DNA of 64,000 nucleotides, taken from positions 2,852,001 through 2,916,000 of the forward strand of contig JAQGDQ010000001.1 of NCBI GenBank assembly GCA_030141605.1. The letters are read 5' to 3'. The stretch is from Tubiluchus corallicola (taxonomy: Eukaryota > Animalia > Priapulida). Below the pieces are notes generated by a model. The model was not told the origin of the DNA, ran no database searches, and saw nothing but the letters and a program-made list of their open reading frames with translations. Of the stretch, positions 39,439 through 50,800 are shown in pieces. The position numbers and the translations under genes were made by a program. Every line of letters starts with the position of its first letter. The first letter of the stretch is position 1.

Positions 39439-42400
39439 CTGCAAAAATGGCAACCTGAATCAATACTTTTAATTCTTTAATTAATCAAAAGTTACAATTC
39501 GCAAGTCCATTGACTTAATCAGTATTTAAGTATTTGGGTTGTTGTATAACACATTTGGTCACAAAACATTTGAGCAACAACAAAAAATAATGTTTTCCTA
39601 ATTTTTTATTTTTGCTTATTAAATTTTCAATGGCTCATTATATTTCCTAACTATCGTAATATATGATATAACAATTAAAATCCAGTTAAGTGACTTGGAC
39701 TTTCTGGCTTGTAACCGTAGTTCAGTATTTTATGTGTAGCTTTAAAAATGAATGAAGCAGAAGAAGATAGTGCCAGTTCACATTAGCATTTTATTAAAAT
39801 ACAACAGTAGTTTGTTTCAAAAATATATAGTGCATCACAAAAACAGTAAATAACAGAAATGTGCATCATAAAAAAATCGATTCAAACCAAATTTTAGTGT
39901 TGGCAAAACTAGCGCAGCAATTTAACAAGTATTATATGACATTCGATGAACACTTGGTGTGCTTTAGAAGAAACTGATGTAGAAACTGTTGTTTAGTTCA
40001 TTATTTGCCTAAAACTAGTTGGAAACTCTAACACCACTAGATAGATCTATTACCAAGTCAATTAAATGGTGCATGTTTATCAATATCAAGATCACCAATA
40101 AGTATTTTTGCTACATATGTTGCAAAATATAATGCATGATAATATTATGTATTCCGCAGCAGTGTTTTTACATAGACTAAATTAGTTATATACTATATAT
40201 GCCTGCAGTTGTTTCCAGTTTTACATGACTGTACTCAAGAAAATAGTTATTTCTTTTTTAACAAAAACTTTATATGTTTTAAAAGTTACGTGGTAATTGG
40301 ACAATGGACGAGGATTCACACAGTAATTTTAGACTATTATAGGCAGCGTGAAAAAACATAGGTAGCACAAAATAGAAATCACGTTGGAAGTAACTTGTGC
40401 ATCGGTGCTGGCACCTAAATGTCTCTCACCCAAGCAAGCCAGGACTCAAGTACCTGGTGCCTAAATTTCCTCCTCCCAAATGGCTTCTCCTGTTAAGATG
40501 ATTATTTGTGACAATTTTGTAGTTTTTAAGCACCATCAAAAATATAAAATGAATAAAAACAGCTAGAAGTGTGAATAATTTCTAAACTTTTCTTAAAACA
40601 AAAGCTGGGCAGACAATCTGAACAATTACTGAAGTCCAGTTGCAGGAAAAAATATTCAAGGGACTTTGAAAAAACATCATGTTTTTAGGATGTTATACTG
40701 GTTAATTGCAAACAGGGAGTTAACAGGAGGTAACTGTACAATCACAAGCTCAAACGAGTTTTGAAACTCATTATAGAGCTACTCCGTTCGTACTTAAAAG
40801 CCAAATCCATCGTGGACCATCACGACTCAAGTGCATTACATAACACCAAAAATGCAAACAGATGTAAGTGCACAAATAACTACTTGTTTGAACATAAAAA
40901 TTTACAATAAAACAAACAGACCTTTTTGATATTCTTGGCACGTTTGTCAACATCTTGAACAGCAGCTTTGTGCTGAGTACGTGGCATTTCATGCAGTGTA
41001 AAAGCCGACTGTTTACCCTGAGCTCCAGGAGGCCTGTAGGGCTGTGATTTTTCTAGAAATTTAAAATGAACACCTTTTCAATAATGTATGTGTATGAACA
41101 CAAATTTAATTTCATTTAATTTAATGGAAAAGCTAAAATGCAGTGAATTATTTAAATTGTCACTTAAATGAATTAAAATTTTGTTAAGCTAGTTAGAAAC
41201 TAGAACCGTTAGCCACTATTCAGTGGCTAACACAATAGATTTGTTAGTGAATTTTGGCTGTAAAATAAATACTGGAAATGCATACCATTAGGGTGACTAA
41301 ATAAAATATATGCCAAAATTAGATTTGAAAAAGATACGGTACACATTTTATCACAAACATAGAGCTTCTATGAGCTAATTTGGCATTTTCCTCATTTCTG
41401 AATAATTTAAATTATAAAATATTATGCTGCATGTCTGTATTATAAGGCCTATATAGTTAGTATAGTCTACCAGGCACAATAAGTAGAAAAAATTCTGAAT
41501 CCACTAAAACAGTAGTATTCTTACCAAGTGGTGGGGCAGTGGCCACTGAAGGAACAGCTTTGTAGGAAATTTCTTTCTCATTATATATTCCTTTTGCAGC
41601 TGGCTGCCAGAAAACCTGAAATATTTTATAAGTGAAGTTTCATTTGATAATAACGTCTCAACAAAACTCACCAAACCACATTTTGACAAATTTTTCATGA
41701 ATTACCATCATCTGCACTTTCATTTTTTCAATTGAAATGAATATAATGATATGTACCTCAAACAACTCTTGATCATTTGGTACTGGTGCCTGATGTACAA
41801 GACTTCCTGTATAATGATATATTTTATAGCCATTTCCAACACGTAACCTTGGTGATGTTGTTGCTGTAACAATGTACTCACCATCAGGTGACCACTGGAA
41901 AGAAAATAAATAAAAAATGATGGCTCTCCTAAAAAGTTGCAAAACTACAAAGACCTATTTTACAAAGATTATAATCTATAACTGCTGCATAATCACTCGC
42001 AATTTTTAAAAATTTACAATCTGTCAGACAATGCAAACTTTTTGCCGATCTTTGTTGTGATGGCAAGATAGTCTGATTAGGTCAAAGACCTTTTGCAACA
42101 TGTAGTCTTTATTCATCTTTACTCATTTATTATATGTTTTTCTTTGCAGCTACAAGAAAAATCAAGAATTCTCTTCACTAGCTATGAGAACTAGAAACGA
42201 GAACGAGTCTAGCCTCAAAAGCAAAATTAAAAATAACTTACTTCTCAACAATATGCAAATTCACACAACACAAATTACCTGTAAATCTGTCGTATCAGGA
42301 GCTTTTGGATTACTAATCAATTGCCTTTTCCTCAAGTCCCAAAACTCAATGTTTCCTTGAAGATTGCCAAACCCACCAAGAACTAACAGTACAATGCGAT

Positions 42401-45400
42401 GAAGAAAATAAAGTAATAAAATATTCATCAGTTTTAAATAGAAGAAACAATAATCAAATATTACTGTTGTTTGAAATCATAATGTATTTCGAAGTTAAGT
42501 AATCCAATTTTGCTGTGTATTTTTCAAATTCGCTTAAGAAAGAGTTGAAAATAGCCAATGATGTCTCAATAAGTTTCATTTACTTAGCTCAATTAATCTA
42601 TATATTAAAATAAATCTAAAACCTAATTTCAAATATTTGCTCACTTGGGCACTTCAGTACCCAACTCTCTTTCAATGGAAAGCAAAGCAACCAACACAAA
42701 CTATCCTCGCTCATTGTAGAATGAAGGTAGAACTTTATCTGTTTCAGCCGACTAAAGGATCGTTCAGCAACTGTGCTAGTTGTTGATAAGATCAGAAAAA
42801 TGTGGTACAATTTGGACACGCTACGGATAAATGGAACATACGTCACTGGCGATAATAAATATGAGTACATTGTTGATGGTCACTTTCTCGAAACTTAAGG
42901 CAGGTTGTTCAAATAATGTAATTGTTCCAGAAAATTCTTACAATGCCATGCGATAAAAAAAACAAACAAAAAAGATTAAAGATTAAAGAAAAGATTTTAA
43001 CGCACAACTACCGAATTTAAAAAATTGTTGTAAATGCGCCAATTTTAAAAAATGTTCTCAGAGGAGCGGTTGCTCCCCTTGCTCCCTTATCAGCTACGCC
43101 ACTTGTGACATTATCAGATCATGTCCAGATCTTGCTTATTGTTATTCAAATATCATGCATGTATTGTAAAACACATAAACAAAAAAAGGATATTATTGCC
43201 AAATGGACTGTAGTAGACACTGTTTCTTGGTCCCATTCCAAACTCAAATATTGGCTCACATTTGGTGTTGAAAAGTGTAGCTTTTGCAGGCATGACTAAC
43301 AAGTAATGTTAAGGCTTGTAACAGGCCTTTAGAGAAAGTTTAAAAAACATTTTGCAACCTGCAACAATGAAAAAATTATATACTTCCCCATAAAAATTAT
43401 GAAGTACTATCAAGAATCCTAGATACATATCACATATGCTTAAGTTTGTTAACTCGTGTCATGCACTAAAATGGCTTTATTAAACTGAATTGTAAACGTT
43501 ACATATATTCCACAAATTCTTAAAACACTGGATGACTTACAAAAGATACTCAACTCGATGGCCTTGGTGAAAAATAAACTTACCTAGAAGTGTAAACAAA
43601 TTGAATACATGATCAAGAAATACAGCAAGATCATTAAAAAAACCAAGAAAATTAAATGGACTGCTGATATGATTCTACAATAGCAATGATATAAATTAAA
43701 AACATAATTTCATAATTTAGTTCTGCTATGTTGGTCATGCTAGAAATTTCTGAGCCTTACGCTTTTTTCGAAAATGCTCTTATTGCAACTAAATTCACTA
43801 CATATTCCTATAGTTTTATAGCAGCCAATTGCAAATCTTGCAGAGACTTAGACTTTTTCCAAAAATAATGTTAATGCAGCTATCTTGAATTCAAAATGGC
43901 AGATTGAAAATCTGACTTCGTCAGTCTACACAGAATTAGTTGTAGTATATTCCTATATGATCCATTGCATTTTCGCGGAGCCTCGGGTTTTTTGTGAAAA
44001 TGATGTTATTGCCACCAACTTGAGTTTAAAATAGCGGATCGAAAATGACGAGCAAAAATAAATTAATTATTGAATATGGTAAAATAAAACACTGATAAAA
44101 AACCAGCATTCCTGTAAAGTTTCATGATGATCCATCATGGATTGATGTAGTTCTAAGATTTTTTTTGAAAATGATGTTATTACCACTATCTTGAACTCAT
44201 AATCTGTCAATCAATGCAGAATTATATATATATAATTATACATATTATATATCGCTGTGAAGTTTCATGATGATCTATTGCAAATTCGCAGAACTTTGGC
44301 TTTTTTCAAAATGTCATTCTCCCAACAATAGCAATATCCAGGTGAGTAGCGATTTGAGGCCAGCTTTAACAAAATGAAGAATTGCTGTTTGGCTGCTGCT
44401 AATTTGGAACTTGCTGCAAAAGACTATGAATACATCTAATGGAAAGATAACAACTTTTGAGCCAAACTATGGAAACGTATATTTCGCAATTAATGAAATA
44501 AGTATCTTCCCCAAATTGCTAACAAGGACAAAAATTTAGCAAATTAACAGCAGCCTCCAACAAAACAGAGAAAGCAAAACAGCTTGTTTTAAACTGACTG
44601 ACTACAAAAATTGGGCAACCAGTGGACACTGACCTACCAACAATTTTCAATATCAGTGGTAAAACAACTGAATCAATTTCTGCCACACAGATTTCTATCA
44701 CATAATAATACTGTAAAAAACTAAAGATCTCCACAGCAATAAACTAAAAGGCCGCTACAAAAACAGTGAAAAGGATACAGCCAAAAACAACACAGAAGTC
44801 CGTGCAGTTTGGATTCCACTCGACAGCATACACTGGGCCTTTTTTACCTAAAATATTCCGGAGAAACGTAACTAAAAAGTTCAGATATTTAACCTATCAA
44901 ACTGAATGTGATACAAATTAGTGCTTCCCAGGAATAAATAAATAATGTACTGGTAAGAATGAAAACCATGACCAACTGCAACAACAGAAAAATTACAATC
45001 GCATATAGTAAGATTATAATAAGTTTTTCACTTAGCTAAAATGAAAGGGTTAAATGCATACTTAACTGAATACTGTTGGAAGCGCCTGCGATATCTAAGT
45101 AAAAAAGGGTTTGCTCTCCATAGTAGGAAGTGTTGCTTTTATCTACATCCAATATTGCCATTACTAACATTGCTGTGCCTACAACGTATCTTAAAATTAG
45201 ATTTCGAGGTATTACAAAAAAGCTCAGTGCCAATTAATTTATCATTCTAACAGAAAATGCCATAAGAAATAAAAGATTTTTATTTATGTGTTTTTGAAAA
45301 ATGAACAACAAAAATACCATTTCTATTCCATGCCATGTTTACTCTGTCGGCCTTGAAGAAACTTTTGTTTGATATAATTGCCTGATGGCCTTCAAAGAAT

Positions 45401-45639
45401 GGATATTTGTACAGTCTGACAAATGAAGGCTGACCCTGTATAAAAATCAAACTTATTGCAATGCAAAACATCCACATGATGCATTTAATTATCTGATAAG
45501 TATCATTCAGTAAACTAAATCAGTCACTTTTTCCTGCAACCATGTCACCAAAACGATCTGCAAATAGAACAGCAACAGAGTAAGCACTACATAATTCATG
45601 AGCACTCTCTCTCTCCCTCTCCCCCCTCCCTCCCTCCCT

Positions 45640-45732
<93 letters not shown>

Positions 45733-47809
45733 TTTGCTTCCTCACGCCCTCCCGTCAAAAATTCGGCACATTATTAATTAGAACTCTGTTACTGAAATTC
45801 TGTACATTAATAGTATTTGAGCCTAATATACTAGTGCAGCTATTAGTAGCATTCTATAGATGGCTTAAGCAGTTGGAGTGATTGCTCAAACAAAGAGCTT
45901 GGTTGCAATAAAGTTTTTCAGCCTGGCAAAACAGTTGGAAAAATTGTATCTGCACTGGTGATATTTTTTAAATATTATGCCATGTGTGCAACCAGCTCAC
46001 CACCACACTGGTAGGTCGCTGGCGCGTCCGTCAACTGCACGTAGCACACAATTTTCTGTTTACTGTTTTATCTCGCTTAAACGTAACACCAGGGCAACCA
46101 GTGCACATTCTCCGATGCTGTTCAATGCTCAAGAAGCAGCCACTTTCAGTCGTAACTGTGTATCTATAGAAATGATGCCACAAAATGCCAGCAGAGATCG
46201 AGAATATCTATATCTGTATGTACATACAGTCCTGTCCAACCCATTCAATTATTCAGTTATTTGTAAAACCTCTCCAATAATAATGTGAAGATTTATCAAA
46301 TGACCACAACCTTTAATTATCATTGCTGTATTAACTACTCCAAATATACCTTAGAACCTGGCACGTAAGCTCCAATATAGTAAGGTGGGCTGTCGTTATA
46401 AGACAAACAAAAGCTGGTGACTTTCTGTATATGCATTCTTTTTTCTACCTTTTCTGCAAAAGTAAAACATAGATAATATTGCAAAAAATAACATCGAGTT
46501 CTTATTAAATGACTAATGCTGCAAAACGCAAAATGATTAAATCGTTGTTAAATAGAGACCTACCCAAACAAGCATCTGCGTAAATCTATGAACATGCTTT
46601 GCACTAGCACCTGACTCAAAAAAACATAACTCAAATCCAAACAGATCGAAAAACTCTTGAGTTAGGCAACGTTGACCATTTTCCAGTATAGACACTCTAA
46701 ACCCCACCTCCAAATGACAAGCCAAACAGAAGGCAGAAAGTCAACCCTTCTATACATAAATGACGAGATTTGATGACAATAAAGAATAACAAATTATGCA
46801 GTGAAACACGATTTTTTATGTTACAAAGGGACACATACACAACACCTACACACTTACGCCAACTGAGACTTTCCGAGAAAGATCTTCCCCAGTAGAGTGT
46901 TACTACGTACAGTAGTAGCCAACTGAGACTTTCCGGGAAAGATCAATCACGGAGAAAATAATTGGGGGGAGCGACTTGCAAGACATTAGAATTTTCTCGG
47001 AAGGCGACACTGTTTTTGAGTTGTACGAAACTTTTTATTTGTCTAGAGTATAAATTGCATTCTTGAATTAGGCGAAGCAAATTACGTTTATTTTGATTAA
47101 ATGGACAATTTTTTTTTGAATTCGGCGAAATTTTGAGTTACCTATTTTGAGTTAAGCTATGTTTTTTGTGAGAAAAACGAAGGATTTCATCCCTTTTGCT
47201 GAAATTCTAAGAGATAGGTGAAAACTTGAGTAATGCAATTTTGAGTTATGCGGAGTTTACTGTACTTCCTGCAAAGCTGCAAATTTGAGTAGCTGGAAGT
47301 TTTTTTTTGAGAGCACAACAATAAATAAGCTTTAGCACTTCAAGTAAGCTTAAATGTTCATTGTTAAAATGAGAAGATGCTTGATGCAAAGTCAGAAATT
47401 TGTTATACAATCAAGACAAGACACAAGTGTCAAAATTTCATCATCAGTGAAACTAAAAGTTGGTAAATGAAGCCTTATTAAGCAAGGGCTTACTACATAA
47501 AAACACTTACAAGCGCAGCTAAAGAAGCGATTGACTACAAATAACAGCAGTTCCACAAAAAAAAGTAAATAAAGATGCCATGAAGCCTGAAAGTAATGTA
47601 TAGGCAAGTGACAGTTTTCAGCTTCTTGACACAACATAACAAAACCAAGTACATGTCAAACTCAGCTTGCCCATAATTTAGGCCACATACCAAAATTCCC
47701 GTTTTCAAAAAAGTGAACCTCCTGGTTAGCCATTCGTCCACAAACTTTTTCATCCCCAGTCCACTGAGGCATCCTGCATTACAAAATCACAGAATTTTCA
47801 GGTTTACGA

Positions 47810-47857
<48 letters not shown>

Positions 47858-50800
47858 ATCAATACGCATGATAATATACAAAACCATACATCTTATCATA
47901 TTGCCCTATGACTAGTTCTAAATTCACATTTCCTTGTACATGAAAGGTCTTATCGAATTTGTTATCACTTCACACAAATAAAATGCCTTACAACTTTTTA
48001 AAGCTGTTAAACTTCGTCCATTTTTTTGGCCCAGTAACATGCACAGTCAACCATTATTTTTATGACACTGTACCCACTCACCAAACTGCATGTACGTTCA
48101 CTCGAATAGAAAAGCTGTTTGTTGTATAAACCGTTTTTGTGGAGGTTTCTAGACCTTTCCTCCCTTTTGATATTTTTAGAAAATGTGTACTTTTCCTGAT
48201 AAGGCCAGAGATGTGCACATATAACCCGATTTCGACAGAAATTCATTTAGAATACAAATTTCATCGGATAGTTTTCGCAACACATAATATTAACAACTCA
48301 ATATTTTACATTCCTTATTACAGACAGACAAGTTAAAATGAAAATATTTTAAGTGCGCTTCATAAAATTTGTTCAGTGCAGTCATTTTTATATCTTTCTA
48401 TTGTACAAACTTGACATCAACTGAATACACTAGGACATCAAATATTTTACAACACTATAACATTTTAAATTTTAACTAGCTATTCTGTTAAAATGACGAA
48501 TACTTAGGCTCAATTCTGTCAAGGAAGTCGTAAAAGTACACAGAAGCTTTATAGATGCAGTTATAGCATATTCATTTTCCAAGAAAAATCATTGTTAAAA
48601 ACTACCCCATTTACTTCTCGAAATTTGTTTTATACCCACTGCATTTGTACAAACTACATTAGCTGAAAGATCCATTAACAACCTTTTTTCTTTTAAACTA
48701 AGAATGAGATAAGAACAGAACATATCTAACAAACCACTGAAATTGCTTTTTCTGCACAACAGAGAATATTTCTTTTTCTGTTTCTACATCCCATATGTAC
48801 ATATTTGGGAGTCCACCTGGTACAGTGCATGCTAGAAAAATAAGACATGTAATACACAGCCATCAGCATGTTACAAAAATAAAAACAAACAAACAAAAAG
48901 GGCACTAAAAATTGAGAACTCGGTAGTTCTTAAGTACTAGACTCAATTGTCAATTAACTGATTTAATAATTAAATATCACTATTAAATATCATTATTCTG
49001 ACAAATAATTTATCAGATTAACCCATAAACAATTATGTCAAAAGGCTAGCAAACTAATCAATAAGCTCGGAGGAATATAAAGAAGGTACTACTAAAGTAT
49101 CTTGCAGTTAAACTTGCAATATAAATTACTACCATATTATGGTTTAAATTATAAAACTAAAGAACCATTCTCACTTTTACAACTTGCTAGTTTTATTAAC
49201 AAACGTACCAACATGTTGCTCCCATGCTGAAAGAAATCGACCAGTCGGTGAAAGTTGGAGAGAAATAATTTTTTGTGCTTCTCCATCTAACACTATTTTC
49301 TTCTTTGTCATATCCATCACTTGCAATCTAATGTAATGTAACTTACATACATTAATTTTACACTTCCGTATTCAAAAATACGAAGCAGATAGAAAACATA
49401 CACAATTTATCCTCTAAAAGGTACTTTCCTTGTTACCAAGCAAAATTACCTAAATATGAGAGGGTGGGACACTGAGAACTCAATTTCTGAAAGTGCTGTA
49501 GCTGTCTGGAGCTCAAACACTAAGCCCAAAAATAAAATAAAAAACAGTGAAAGAAATACATAAAGCTTTCTCTGTTAATTTATGTGAAAACCTAACGTCC
49601 ACTGTAACTTTGTAACATAAAATGAAGTTCTCTGACATAAGTTGCTAATTAGAGATGACAAAAATGAACTATTTGCAATAAAGGGAGTTTATTTTCAATG
49701 AATAAAAAAGTCAAAGGCCTACTGTTTTAAATGCAGTATTAAATTTTCATTTCTGTAGTATAATATTAATCCAGTTTTTAAATGTAATTACCTTTCCCCA
49801 TTATTCCATGCAAAGAATCTTCCATCGTGACTGAAGTGCATTGCTCGACATTTTGAGCTTCTTTCCCTGGAAAAGGTTAAACATCTCTCTTCTAATAACC
49901 ACACTGAAATGACCGTGGTTGTTAAAATAACTTGTTAATTGAAGACCAAGAAATTAGGCTTGAGCAGAATTCAAAGCTCCTGTAAACGTAACTAATATGT
50001 AATGTACATAAACTGTAGCTTATTGTATACTGTAGCTTATATACTTACTGTAGCCATGGGAGCTGCGTATATTCAGGTGGTCCTGTAGTTAAGCGAACTC
50101 CTTCAGTTCCTCGAACTAAAAATAACATAACAGTCGCTAAACTACTATACACATTTAAAGCAATATTTATTTTGATACATTTCGAGTATATCGCACATAC
50201 GAAATGTACCAAAATAAAGATGTAGATTTTTATTTTTTCGTTTGTGCTTTTGTTTTTGGTTAAATTGCAATTCCCAAGCAATAACAGTTTGTTAATAATA
50301 TTTAGAAATAATTTGTTACATTCCAAGTATTTACGTCAGTCACATTTTGCATTTCTCAAGAAACGCCTGGGTCTTTTTCCGACAATCCTATAGCATGGCC
50401 CATCTATCATAGTTGCCATCCTGATAACCTGTGTCAACGTTTACTTCTCACTAAATTATAGCATCAACTCCACTTGATGACTCCGAATTTATCGATGATT
50501 CATTTTAAGGACTGCAAAATTTTTTCACCTTTGCTCACTTGATAATAAATGTTTTGCTTCAAGGAAAATTTCCTAGCCTAACTGAAAGACCAAAAAACTT
50601 TCTACTTACATAATGCTAAACAAAATTGTTTTGAAATTTTGTGTCACCTCTTATTGCTTTATTGTAAGGAGACCTTGTATTAGCAGCAATGTCGTACAAA
50701 ACTTGAAAATTTAAACTCTCACGATGACCGTTAGGTGCATTTGATGTGCTGACAGTAAGTCGTTTGAAACCAAGCTTACATAACATTTGAGAAAAAAATC

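Noticed and set aside
45520-45729. ORF encoding a long RE dipeptide repeat
   Set aside because: It is a translation of the (CT)n microsatellite in eIF2A intron 7.
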